A DNA stretch of 63,999 bases, filler included, from Basidioascus undulatus (GCA_000826855.1; 16 parts of 16 records of this genome joined end to end with filler, not necessarily neighbours in it); one strand, 5' to 3'. Counted from the first letter of the whole stretch, positions 27,034-39,812 are shown. A program made the numbers and translations. Notes: generated by a model from the letters alone, not told the origin.

Positions 27034-28068
27034 ATGCACACTCCGTTCCCGGCGGTTGTTCATTTCTACGCGTAAGCGCGGTCAAAATGATGAAAGTGCC
27101 TGGCGTGGTAGCTTCTCTGTTCTGCTTCCTCACCTCGCCCACGGCCGACCGTGCGCGGTCTCTACTCTGTCATTGCGTCCAGTAGTGTTGCTTTCGTCCC
27201 CTTGAACACACATGGTCGTGTCGTCCGGAACTAGGCCACAGACATCCACCGGTGCCTCTCAGCCGCCAGTCATGACAGGATAAGGTGCAGTACTGCTCCA
27301 GCTCGCCGTAGCCCTCCATGAACCCCTTGACTCACAGTGTATCGCTATCGCTTCCCTCCTTAGTGATTGACAAGGCCGTCTCCGACATGTTCTGTTTTAA
27401 CCACCATTCCCTACCGCAAGAGCCCAACTCCATCCTTCCGCTCCGAGTTCCGCGAGCTCCTCGCTTCTCATGTCACCCGCGGCTCGCTCTCGCTGCTCTC
27501 CCCGTCCGAATTCGCGCTCTACTCAACCCGAACGTCGTCTTCTTTGGAGCTTCCCTCAGCGGCAAGCGCTTCGGGTCATGGGCGTACGACCGGGGGCGCC
27601 ACACGCTCGAGCGGCTGGGGGACGACCGGTTGATTCGCGGCCACAAGCGCGGTACCGCGCAGGAGAAGGGGTACACGAACTTCAAGGCACGCTCGGTCTC
27701 CACAAGCATCGCCAACGACTCCTCCGGCGGCAATATGGACGGCTGGGAGTTCCCGACACTCGACGAGTGGCTGCCGATCCGCGCCGTCGGAGTGTCCGCC
27801 GACGACGGCTCGTCGAGGTTGCCGTACTACCGCGCTTTGCTGGGCGGCGATGATCCAGGAGGAACCCGGAGGAAGGAAGGACTGTGGTCGATGTTAAGCT
27901 TTCCGCGCTGCTTTTGCTGTTTCTCATGGGTCGAACAAGGAGACCGAGACTTTCCCGAGCGTGGGCGAGGACGGCGTCTGGACGTTGCCGAAGATCGAGG
28001 GCAACCGGGGTATGGACGGGCATCTGTTTGTGACTTTGTCGGACAATATCCTGGTGCGCATGGGATAG
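27034..28068 (+). pseudogene. Disabled paralog of the orphan gene at 29029-29824
   Basis: Colinear with the downstream copy (RELLASHVTRGSLSLLSPSEFAL, LDEWLPI, EGRTVVDVKLS, ETETFPSVGEDGVWTLP, LVRMG*). Carries TAA at 27281-27283 and several frameshifts. Confidence 0.8.
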
Positions 28069-29028
28069 GGTGTGATGTAAAGGGTTCATACCTGCCAACG
28101 TTGCATGCCAGTTTTGATGCGTTGCAGCTCGCTCATTTGCTTGATAGAGGTCTGCTGCTGTCGTTTGTGCTTTGTAAACAACTTGAACAGTCGCTGTCGC
28201 GTCTACTGGGCAATTTGCACACAAAGGGGAAGTTGAAACTGACTATATTCGTTCACCCAACGCCAAACATTGACTCAGGCATACAGATGGGGATCAACTG
28301 GCGAGCGTGATTGATCTCCCTCCCGCAAAGACCCTTGCCTGCGAACAGACGCAGACGCTCCTCAACGTCTTCCATGCCTACAAGATCAACAGGTATTTAT
28401 ATTTCCTCTGAGTCTTCAATACAGCACGTTGAGGCTGAGCTGCTTTGCCTTGTCGACCTGGAGGACGAGGGATGGGTAAGAAACGCTACCGCAAGTACAG
28501 CAGGCTGCATTTGATCACGGACACAGCAACCAACAGTAAACAGCTAGAGCAGTATGCATATGCGTTGATAGTATGTTTTAATAGATACTCCTCTCTATCG
28601 AAAAGCGGGCTCCAATGGGGGATATTTTTCACCAACTACATAACGTCTCGCCACAGTTTCCTGGATCTCAACCCCCGACACTGGAACAGCCGAGAATACA
28701 TGCGGAAGATCTGTTATTTACGACCCTCCGCATATGATCGTGTTCAAAAAAAGCTATACAGTAGTATGCCAATGCATACGTGACTCTTTGGCTGCTCTCC
28801 GCAACAACACCATGCGGACCACTCCGCGTTTCCGGCGGTTGTTCATTTTGACCGGCTGTGAACGCGACTCGCGTTGCACGCTTGTCACTGCTCACCCTCA
28901 TCTCCTCGACTGTGCACAACCTCAATTCGGTCTTTCGACCTAGTGCTCTCGCTTTCATCCTTTCGTCTGGAATAATCATGTTAACCGACACTAGGCCGGA
29001 GACATCGGCGGTCCCTCGACCGCCAGTC

Positions 29029-29824
29029 ATGACAGACGAAGGTGCGCGGTACCACTGCTCGCTTTGGGACCCCATCCATGAACACCCGAATCACAGACTT
29101 CTCCTCAGAGATCTACAAAGCCGCCTCGTATATGTTCAAGTTCAACCCCCAATCTCTCCCCCGGGAGCTGCTCGAGCCCGACTCTCCCTTCAGCTCCAAG
29201 GTCCGCGAGCTCGTCGCGTCGCACGTCGCCCGCGGCCAGCTCTCGCTCTTCTCCCCCTCCGAATTCGCACTCTGTTCCAACCCTAACGTCGTACTCGTCG
29301 ACGTCGACCTCAGTGGCATCTGCCTCGGCCCATGGGTGTACGACCGGGAGCGCCACACGCTCAAGCAGCTCGACCATGGGCTGTTCCACGGCCTCATGTT
29401 CCTTATGGGACGAGACAAGGAGAAGAGAAGCTTCACGGCGTGCTCATCCTCCACGACCATCTACGACACTTCCGCCGGGGAGGATGCCGAGGACCAGTGG
29501 AAACACTCGGCTCTCGATGAATGGCTGCCGATCGGCACCGTCGGAGCATCCACGAACGACAGCTCCTCGTGGCTACCGTACTACAGCGCCTTGACAGGCG
29601 TCGACGGTCCAGCGGGGAAACCTACGGAAGGGAGGACGGTCGTGGAAGTCAAGCTTTCAACACTTCTTCTGCTGTTTCTCGTGGGCTCGAACGAGGAGAC
29701 TGAGACTTTTCCGAGCGTCGGGGAGGACAGCGTCTGGACGCTGCCGGAGATTGACGGGAACCAGGGTGTGGACGAGAGTTTGTTTGTAGAGTTGTCGGAG
29801 GATTTGCTGGTGCGCATGGGCTAG
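29029..29824 (+). CDS. Hypothetical protein (intact copy of the tandem pair); start uncertain
   Basis: ATG at 29029 and intron 29042-29108 (GTGCGC...CAG) lead in frame into an open exon ending LLVRMG*. Similarity to the upstream copy extends 5' to about 28800, so further exons are possible. Confidence 0.65.
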
Positions 29825-30412
29825 TTCATAATTGAAAGAGCTTATGCTGGCCTGCAGAGAGCAACCCAGTCGCGATCGATGCGTTGTGGCCCGCTGAGTT
29901 TGTTTCGCCGCTGTGCTATCCTCAACGTTTTCTGCTCCTGAATAACAGTAAAGATTGACTGATAAGTTTCAGACGTCTACCAAAAGAGCTAAGCGCGGAA
30001 CAGCTAACTCTCGGCGTACGCTGCTGCAGCGCACGACAGGGGCGATGTCTTTTTGCCCCGGCCCGCTCACGCTGCTGGCAAGACGAAAAGATTCAAGAAT
30101 GATGCGGACCAAGAAATCAAGTTCAGCTAACAGGTTTGAATCTGTCTGAACACGACAGCGCGATGGACGCTGTTGTACCACAATCCGCCAGGCCAAGGTT
30201 TGCGTCGGGCCTGTCGCACATGCATCATGAGGCTTAGGATGCTCGGGGCTTAGATGTAACATGCATCATAGGGTAGTCCCACACAACAAAGGGACAGCAG
30301 AGACGACATGCGCGAGGAAGACATTGACAATGTGACAGGGTATAAATCGCAAGTGCGAGGACGGGATGGCGAACAATGCAACATTGGGACAGAGTATGCA
30401 AGAGAATTCAAA

Positions 30413-33400
30413 TCAAGAAAGGGCGGCGACAGCGCCGCCAAGAGATGCAGGGTCTACGGTTGCGAGGTACCGCATGAAGGGGATCATGTACTGCTCGGAT
30501 ATGCTGTTGAGATGATATCTCGTGTCAGTAACTTCCGGAGGTCTATATTGATGAAGGGAGGAGACTGACGTCGACATGTAGAACTGGGTCGGAGGTTGGC
30601 CGTCAGGGTCTGCGTTCAGATTCGGAGTTTCCGTCCTACTCACCTCGTGTTGAGAGTCGTGCTGCTGGACGACGTTGTGGGCGAGCTCGTGCGCATACGT
30701 GTGATAGTTCGAGATGAGCGCTTCGCCGAGTTGGCCGGCTTTGACCTGCTCGTCGTCTGATATGCAGAACTTGCACTGCGTCAGCGCGAGTGCCCGGGAT
30801 GGCGGTAAGAGCGAGAAATGACGCACGCCACGCCTCGTAGAAGCGCAGGTTGATGAAGCTGCAGAAGAAGGTTGATGAGAAATCCAGAATAGTACTTCGG
30901 AAAATTCAGCAACGTCGGAACTCACAGGCTGCGGCCGCGCTGGAGAAGTTGACGGTCAGCACGGCGACAAAAGACAAAGAACTAGAAAACGCACGTTGAA
31001 CGCAATCGTAGGGCCCGTAAGATCGTAGAAGATGTGGAGCGCAGCCGGGTTCATCCTGGTTAGGGGAATCGCTGAGATATTATTACAAACTGGAAAAACA
31101 GAGAACCGTGGCGCACTGGAAGACGCGACCGAGCGGAGCGACGACCTTTTCGACCATCCGCTTGATGATGTCGCCCTTCTCGGCGACGACCTGAGCGGCG
31201 TCGGGAATGTCTGCGGGGAGGGAACTGATCAGTGGCCGGTCGCGCTGGAGGTCCGGACAACCACAGCGCACCCTTGGAAGCGTAGAAGCGCAGCCCCGCG
31301 ATGGTCCCCACGAGGTTGAGGTTTTGCGTGGTAGAGGAAAGGTCGCAGTACCCCTCCTGCTCCTTGACTTGCGTGTACTTGGCCTGGCTGGTGATTGAGT
31401 CGTTGCCGTCGGGGCGGCAAGCGGCGACGGCGCGGAGGGCATTGGCGCCTGAGAAGTACGGTGAGCCTGCAGTATCGTCTCACCAAAGTGCAACGACGTA
31501 CGGATGTCCCTCATCGGCGTGATCGCGTCGCCTGGCGGAGGAAGGCGCGGGCCCGCTTGGGGCGGCCGAGCGATGGGGACCTTGGTATTCTCGTCCGGAC
31601 CAGTGGGAATATCAGCCGAGCTCCGACCAGGCTTGTCTTCGGTTACAGGCGTTGACGGTCGCGAAATGAAACGACGTTTCACTGATTCGAAAAGACCGCC
31701 GCCGGTCCGCGTCTCCGATTGAGAGGGCCCAGGAACCGTGAGTTTCGGACGCCTGGGGTACTCCGAGTCGGCCATCCTGGATGCCCATAGAGATTCAGCC
31801 ACCAAAGCCGGAAGGGAACAGGGAAAGGGGCCCACTTGTTCGCCGCCTGCGCCAGATGATTCTCCTTTTGCTCCTTGATGATTTGCGAGACGTAAGCGGG
31901 ATCCGCGCCGGGAAACATTTTCTGGAGGGGAGCTTCATGAGTTCCCGTCGATCGACGTGGGTATTTTCCCCACTTACCAAGAGCTGCGCCTCCATCTCGG
32001 CCCGTTGCGCGGGCGAGAGGATGCTGATGGTGTTGAGTTCCTCCTGCAGCTTGCGCTCGCGTTCGCGCGCCTCGATCGCTTGACGCTCGACGCGCTCCTG
32101 GTTCAGGATGCGGTCGACTGCGGAAGATGAACGCGGTGAGATGACGTGCTACAGCTCGGCATGCCCGAGTCAAGACGCACCGTTAAAGCCGCGACGCTTG
32201 AGCGCCTTGAGTGGGGTGGTGAGGAGCGTGTTAAAGAGGAGGACATCGTTCGGGCGTTGGTGAGCAAAGAGCGCCTTGATAACGGTCGCGGCGAGCCTGC
32301 GAGTAGCGATGAGCTAAATGTCCGAGGACCGAAGTCGGCTTTTCATTGCGCGTGCGACTCACTCGTACATGTCCATCTCCATCTGGGCGTGCACGTAGAG
32401 GACGAGCGACCGTGAGTGGTCCAGCGCCGCAGCAGCGGAGACCTGGCTCTGAACCGGGTGCTGCTGGCCGCCGAAGCTGAGCGTGCGCGAGACGGTGAGG
32501 CTGCGGACAGGGTGGATGGTGAAGCGGCCGGGCTTCTTGAGCGCGTCCGCGTCGACGAGGGGCTTGCTTGCCGAGCCATAGTGCGCGCGCTCGTGCATGA
32601 AGAGCGTGAGGCGGCCGAGCACAAGCTTGCGCAGCTCTTCGTGCTGGTTATCGGGCGCGTAGGGGGGCGAGTAGCGAGTTTCCTCTGCGAAGTTGTTGCA
32701 GATGTCAGCCTCGACTCAGCTCCGACAGATTGAAAAAACGCACGCCTGACGATCTTGGTCAGACGGGGAGCGCCCAGGCTTTCGTAGAACGCCTCAAGCA
32801 CGTGCTCTTCGGGACACGTTGCGAAGTGCTTGTTAAAGGTCTGGTAGAGGGTCGAGTCGTCGCTGATGACCACCTGAAAGCCAGCGACAGCACTGTTGTG
32901 AGTTGGCCGCTCCTCCGTTCTTCACTGGCTTTCCAAGCGCACCTCCGAAGGCTTGCAGAGCCGGAAGATTCGCAAGGTGTCTGCGTGAAACGTCTTTTTT
33001 AAGCAATAGCGCGACAGCAAACACTAGCTGTAAAACAACGGACCCTCGTCCTCGTCCAGGTCGTCAGCGATGAGCGGGCGCCGCTTCTCATCTCCGTCCT
33101 TGTTCTGGACGACGAGCCTGGACCCGAGGAGGATCGGCGCACTCCGCATCTGCTTCTTGGTCTGCTCGCGCAAGGACCTACCAACGGCACACGCTCGTCA
33201 GTCAGGTCTCCACGGCGTGCACGATGCGACGCAAGACTGACTGCGTGTTCGCGGCCATGGTGCGCAACTAGCAGAGAACAGGCATGATCAGACACGGAAT
33301 TCCTGAACCCGTACTCGAGCTAGCCAAGTACTCACCGTGTCGAGGTACCGCTCAGGGCTCCCAGCGAGGTTGAGGAACCCTTGCGGGTCTGATGGCGCAC

Positions 33401-36400
33401 AGGCGCATCGCAAGTGTCAGCCACCGGATCCGCTGATGACGCGTGGCGAGCTCACCCTTGATGACCATGAGCGCAATCTCCTCGACAGTCGGCTCGCTCT
33501 TGACGCCCGCCGCGCGGAGGAACGCGTTCGCGCGCATGCCAAAGTCGACGAAGCGGAAGAGCTTGCGATGGAACTGACTTGTGGACGCATCGTCTCCGGT
33601 GAAGAAGACCTGCCGACCCAACAACGCCCATCGTCAGCGACCGGTTACAGACGCAACGGATGCCAGACAACGTGCGTACCTCGCTCGGCGTGACGATCTC
33701 GAACTTGGACGCTTTGGCGTCGGGCTTCTCGCCGTTCTGGACGCGGCGCACGACGGGGATGAAGCGGGTGATGCGGAGCAAGCGGAGCGAGTCGGTCAGG
33801 AAACCTGTGCCGGTGCACATGAGCACCATGCGCGCATTCCACAACCGACGAAAGGCGGCGGAACGCACCTCCAAGCCTCGTCGACAGGTACTCGAAGACC
33901 ACGCGCGCCCTCTCGTTATCCGCAGGCGGGTCGTTCACGAGCACGTTGATGAGCTCCGTGCTCGGTGGGTCCGACTTCAGCCCGAGGCGGGGCACGAGCG
34001 TGGTCGAGATGTCCGGGTCGACTGTCGCGAAGCCCATCACGCCCGCCTCGGGGTTGGTGTAGACCTTTGCACGCCACGCCGCTCATCCAATCAGTCAACT
34101 CGTCCTCGACAGCAAGAGTAGCGTTGCAAAGGGAACAACTCACCTCCGTCGGGCTCCCCATGCCCTGCACGCGCTTGCCCTCCACCGTCATGAGCGCCGG
34201 GATGAACTTGACGTCCTTGAAGCGCAGGGGCGCGTACGTCGAGCGGTACTGCTGCTCGTCGAGGAAGTATTGCAGCGCGCTCTTGCGGCGGGACGGGTCC
34301 GCCGTGTCGGCGGCGATGGCGAGGAGCGTCTCGACGGGCGGATGCCGCTGGAGACCGAGCGAGAAGAGGAGCTTGCCTACCTCGCTCTTCATTATCAGCC
34401 CTCCCGTTTCCTCAAATCATTGCGTGAGCACAGCTACGACACACCCTCATCCGAACCCGAGCGCCACCTGTGCCCCGCCCAGTCGATGATCGGCAAGCCG
34501 AGGTCGCGCAGCGTACTGTTCGGCTCGTACAGCGCGCCGGCGATGTACCGCGTGCGGGGCTTCTTGTCCTCGTTGCCCTCAGCGTGGTACGCCGCCGTCT
34601 CGCGGAGGCGGTCCCGCTCGACTGCAGAGAGCGGCACGGACGCGAGGTAGTGGGCAAGCTCGTAGTTGGTCCATGTGCCCGCGAGGCGCTCGAAGACCCT
34701 GTGGGCGCAGCGCAGGCGTCAGTTAGCAGTTCATCCATCTCATCTACCGACGTTCGAGAGTAGAGGGTCTTACAGTTGAAGATCGACATGCTTGCGCACC
34801 CCCAGCGCAGCCAACAGCGTCTCGAGCCCGCCCTTGACCGGCGTGTTCTTCGGCAGGGCCAGGATTGGCAAGTCGCTGAACAAGCTAACGTTCGCGAAGC
34901 TGTTCCCACCACCCCGCGCCGCATCAGCCTTCCCACCCCTTGCACTCATCTCTCCAGCTGCAGCGACTCACTAGCTCTCCCCCGGTTTCTTCATCCCCGA
35001 CTTAGTCGGTACGCAGTCCCGTCCCTCCAGCGCCCTCTTCACGCGGGCCTGCGCCTGCGCTCCGAAGCTGCTCCACGCGCGTCCCACAACACCAAGGACC
35101 CTCTCAGCAAACACCGCATCCACCTCCACGTCCTCCTCGACCTTCCTCCCCTTGCCCCCCGCGCCCTGCACGAGCGCCTCGACCCACTCGTCGACGCCGA
35201 GCTCCTTCCACGCGAACGCAGCGCTCAGCCCGGGTGTGTTGAGCGCGCGCGAGAGCGCGTAGGGCAGCGTGTGCGACGGGAGAGGCAGGTCGGGCGGGAT
35301 CCCGCTCCGGCGCGGGTCGAGGACTGTGCGGATGCCGCTGAGCTGGATGGGCGAGGCGTCGGCGGGGGAAGAGGGGTTGTACACCACCGCGGTGAGGAAG
35401 CGCGTACGCATCGACGCGTCGTACCCCGCGCTCTTGGATAAGTCGAGCCACCTGTTCCCAACGTCCGAGGATCAGTGTGGGTCTAGCGCGAGGAGGGAAG
35501 ATTCGACGCGCCACCGCAAGCATACGAGCATTTGCTCCTCGCTCAGCGGCCGGGCCTGCAGCTCCTTGAGCATGTCCTCGAGGCTGATCCTGCGAATCTG
35601 TGCGTCCCCCCCCATCCCACTCAGTCATCTGCCCCCGTCCTTAACCGCATTCTATCAACGTACCATCTTCCGCTCCTCCAGCACCGCGACCATCCTCCCT
35701 GCGCCAGCGATGACCTCGTCCGGGAGGGTGGGAAGGTCGGGCAAGAACGCGCGCAGGCCGTGGTCGGGGAGGCGGACCTTGTGCGCGGGGAGGACGCCGG
35801 CGGTGGAGATGAGGGGGAGGGTGCCCGTCGTAGACGATTCGAAGAAGGCGGTCTCGATCACGCGGGAGACTGTCCACCGCCCAGTCAGCATGTCAGTCAG
35901 GGCGATGCGATTCTGAGAAGGGGGGAAGAGATGATAACGAACCGATAGAGTTCGGCGTCGAGTTCCAAAACGTAAAGAACCGGAGAGCATGGAGCGCACG
36001 CTTGGTCAACCACTCCCTGAGCTCCTTGGCGCCGTCCGCCTTCCCATCGCCCCCGGCGGCGGGGGGAGGAGAGGCCTTCCACAGCTCGTTCACGCTCGCG
36101 AGCTCGTCCTCGTAGATCGTGCGCGCGAGGAAGCCGCTGGTCGTTCCCGTCAGGGTGTCAGAGAGCGGAAGTGGAGGAGAGATAGTGGAAGAAAACAGAA
36201 AAAAAGCGGGAGGACGTGGGCGGAAAAAGGGCGAGAAAGGGGAATAGCGAAGCCAACGCACGCAAGCCCCAACAACTCCCGATTCCAAACCGCGATGTGG
36301 CGATCGACGAGGTCGACGCTCTCGCGCTCGACGGTGGGGATGAACCGCGCGGCGAGGTGTCCGCCGATGCCGGTGGTCTGGGCCGTCTTCTGGCTGTGAC

Positions 36401-36808
36401 GCGCCGGTCCGTGGGCTATCAGCTTCTACTGGGCTGGAGGGAAAGAGGAACGACGGAAGAGGGACGGAAGAGGGATGGACGGACCCGATGAAGATCACGC
36501 CCCGGCCCTGGCTGTTAAGCTCCCGAGGGTGGTTTAGTACCGTGCAAGAAATCGCGGAAAGAGTCGAGTCGATTCGAAGTCGAGTCGAGGCGAGGGGAGT
36601 GGAGCGGAGGAGAGAGCAGATGGGGTGGGGTTGGAGAAGGTGGGGATGGGAAGGCCGGTGAAGGCGGATGAAGGTGGGATTGTGTGGACGGAGGGAGGAC
36701 GGCAAACGCACCCCTCCAAGTCACACACAATATCCTCAAAGATCCGCTGGCACCCCTCGGGCGCGCCAGGCTCGGCGCGCACGCTGTCTTCGTAGTCGTC
36801 GGCGCCAG
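30413..36808 (-). CDS. Large DUF3684-type protein with C-terminal HExxH metallopeptidase-like motif, 5'-partial, many introns
   Basis: GRGVIFIG...QTTGIGGHLAARFIPTVERESVDLVDRHIAVWNRELL, FVDFGMRANAFLRAAGVKSEP, CPEEHVLEAFYESLGA and YHTYAHELAHNVVQQHDSQHE. TGA at 30415-30413. Confidence 0.8.
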
Positions 36809-37077
36809 TCTGCTCTCGTGCAACCCATCGCGCGGGTCAGCATCTTCCTCAGAACACGAGAGAGGGAAGTAGAGGTGAAGAAAGGGCGGGATGGAGAAGA
36901 CAGGGAGGGGAGCGAAGGGGGAAGACAGGGGAAGACAGGCCAAGGGGGGCGAGGGGGTGAGGGGCGAGGGCATGTGGNNNNNNNNNNNNNNNNNNNNNNN
37001 NNNNNNNNNNNNNNNNNNNNNTTAATTAATTAANNNNNNNNNNNNNNNNNNNNNNNNNNNNNNNNNNNNNNNNNNNN

Positions 37078-38154
37078 CCCGTAGCTAGCCCTTCTCGACC
37101 TCCCGCCGGACCGTCCCTTCCCCCTGCCGCGGATGCGGACGACGCAGACGCGTACGGCCCCGCTCTTCCCCCCGACCTCTTGCCTTCGAAGCCGAAGCGC
37201 GCTCCAGCCGGTCCCGCTCGCCCCCTCGCCGCCTATGCACCATCGCCTCCCCCCGACGAGGAGGAGGCAGTCGACGACTTCGGGCCTATGCCGCTGCCCG
37301 AAGGCGTGACGGTCGCTGAGCCGAACCTTGGCGTTCTCGAGTTCAGGGAGAGGGAGGAACGGCGGAGGAAGGAGGCGGAGGAGGTGAGCAAGCCGAAGAA
37401 GCTGGAGCGGGAGGAGTGGATGACTGCTTTGCCGGAAGATGCTGGCATACTCGGTGGTACGTCCCTCGCTTATATCCACCTTTGCCGTGCCGGAGATGCT
37501 CATCCAACACATACAATAGCCCTCAAAGACCCGACGAAGCTCCGCAGCCGGGCGTTCTCGCGGCAGACGACCACAAGCACAAAGAGCGATTCATCTCTCT
37601 GGACCGAGACGCCTGCAGAGGTCCGTCGGCCGCCTCTCATCCCTTCGCATTTCAACGGCGTTTGACGCTTTCGATCGTGCAGAAACAACAACGTCTCACG
37701 GACGAGGTCTCTGGCAAGCGCAAGCGTGCAACAGCTACCGATGGGCCCGAAGTAGATCACGTCGCCCTCGCCCGCGACGCCGAGATCCGCCGCGAGGTCG
37801 AGCGTCACGCTGAGCGCCGAGGCGGAAGTCTCGTCGATCAGCACACCAGCAAGAAGGCGAAGAAGACGGACGATGATGGTGGAGCTCCCGTCATTTGGGA
37901 CCGCGATTCGATGATGAGTACGTGCTTGTCCCTCGCGTCTCCAGCTCAGCATCACCCTGATCTCGCTTGGTCACCAGATGTCAAGGTCAAGCAGCATGAT
38001 GACGCGAGCAGGCAGCGCATGATCCAGGATGCAAAAAGCCTCGGTACGTTTGCAGGGCGCTGTTTCTGTTATTCTATGCTCACATGGTTCCTTTTTTTTT
38101 TTGGCTTTGGCGATGCACTTAGGCGATCGTTTTGGACGCGGCAAGTTTGCCTAA
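37078..38154 (+). CDS. DUF3752 / GPALPP1-like protein, 5'-partial
   Basis: DDFGPMPLP, KLEREEWMTALP, SSLWTETPAE-KQQRLTDEVSGKRKRA, RGGSLVDQH, IWDRDS and a terminal LGDRFGRGKFA*. Confidence 0.8.
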
Positions 38155-38531
38155 TTTTTTAGGATCCATTTTGCACGCATCTATTCTGGGGAATGTGCAG
38201 CTTTGACATGTCTGAGCTCAATGAAGGGACAATGTCTATTTATCAAAGCATGGAAGTGCTGCCTGCGTCGGACCATCATTGTGCTACTCGGCTCCGGCGG
38301 ATGCTGCTTCCTGCCAACGATGCCTCACCAGAGTTGGGGTGGCTTGGTAGCCTATGGCACCTTGCAACATGCTTGCATGTTGCTGGCTGGCACACGAGTT
38401 ATGATTTGTCAATCAAGGAGGCAGCGGTGCCCTGGTAGCATGCAGGACAGATAAGCTACGACCTGGCCCCAGTTGTGGGGGTGTTGTGGGCACCGGCGGG
38501 CGGCAAATTGAGTAAAAAGCAAACAAAAATT

Positions 38532-38617
38532 TCTCCCCTCCCGGGATCGAACCAGGGACCTCAAGATAATCAGTTAAGCATTACAGTCTCGCGCTCTTCC
38601 AACTGAGCTAAGGAGAG
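38532..38617 (-). tRNA. tRNA-Tyr(GTA) with 13-nt intron (38568-38580)
   Basis: CTCTCCT/AGGGGAG acceptor stem, TAGCTCAGTTGG A-box, CT-GTA-A anticodon loop, GGTTCGATCC B-box and a downstream T-tract. Confidence 0.95.
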
Positions 38618-38648
38618 AACTGACCATTATTTCAGAATAACGTATATC

Positions 38649-39510
38649 TGTTGGGAACACCCTACAGGGAGGATAGACATCGGATTGACCTAGAATGCAT
38701 GCTAGACATACATGCATCAGGATGATTTGAAAATGAGTGTATTCAGTTTGGAAGGCAGTGGACTAACTTGGCCATTCTCTCATTTTATTTCCCCTGTTCC
38801 CATGGTGCATACACTTCATTGCCACATGCTCTCGTGTCTCCTCTCACATTACTGACACATTGCCCCTCTGTACTTTGCAACACATTTTGACACTTCTGTA
38901 CTAGTTATATTTACCCAATGTTGATATCATGTCTAGTTGAGAGTGCCTGCATCACTGAGCATGTCTGTCTGCATCCATATCTTCAAGTTGAATAACTCCT
39001 GTAGACTGTCTTTGAAAGGGCCACCCCAGCACTTCACCATCTGTTACTTCTTCCTATTCAGTTAAATCCAGAGCTGATTCCCATTGGGGTAACAACACAT
39101 GGTGCTTGGACCTGGACATATTAATGCTGAGCCTGGCAGCCAGCTAGTGCATAGACATGTCATCTCCCCCATTATTCCAGCTTTGCTCTCATGACTGCAC
39201 TGATAGAAGATAACACTCCAGGTTAGCACTGACACAAAATATTTACCTAGTGGACATGACCTAGATGGTTGATGTATGAGCACATCTAGAATGACTACAG
39301 AGATCCACTATATGGGTTCAGGTTTACTGTTGAAGATCTGTACCACACTAGCTCATCATCCCTGCAAAGCCATCATATATGCAATCATTGTATTGTCTGC
39401 AACACACCTGAGATGACTCATAGGTGGCCTGGCAATGGTCAAGCAGGGCCCTGGCAATGGTTGTGATATAGCTCTGACTTCAGCACAGGCAGGTTTTGGG
39501 AGTACTGTAA
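38649..39510. repeat. CpG-depleted, LTR-like repeat relic
   Basis: Starts TGTTG, with CAACA at 38878-38882 and 39400-39404. Almost no CpG and abundant TG/CA. Abuts a copia RT fragment. Confidence 0.5.
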
Positions 39511-39511
39511 C

Positions 39512-39712
39512 TCGTCAAATACAAAGCACGCCTCGTCATCCGCGGCTTCGCTCAAGTTCCCAGCCTTGACTTAAAGGAGACATTCTCACCTGTCCTCCGC
39601 TTCTCCTCATTCCACATCCTCCTCACCCTCGCAGCCTGCCATGACTGGCATGTCCACCAGCTCGACACCAACTCGGCCTTCCTCAATGGTGAGCTCGAGG
39701 AGGAAATCTACA
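39512..39712 (+). mobile_element. Ty1/copia reverse transcriptase fragment
   Basis: Near-identical to 52073-52273 (VKYKARLVIRGFAQ...HQLDTNSAFLNGELEEEIY), with an in-frame stop. Confidence 0.92.
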
Positions 39713-39812
39713 NNNNNNNNNNNNNNNNNNNNNNNNNNNNNNNNNNNNNNNNNNNNTTAATTAATTAANNNNNNNNNNNNNNNNNNNNNNNNNNNNNNNN
39801 NNNNNNNNNNNN

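Noticed and set aside
27318..28310. 330-aa ORF as an intact gene
   Set aside because: Comparison with the paralog shows it is in the homologous frame for only part of its length, so it is a pseudogene.
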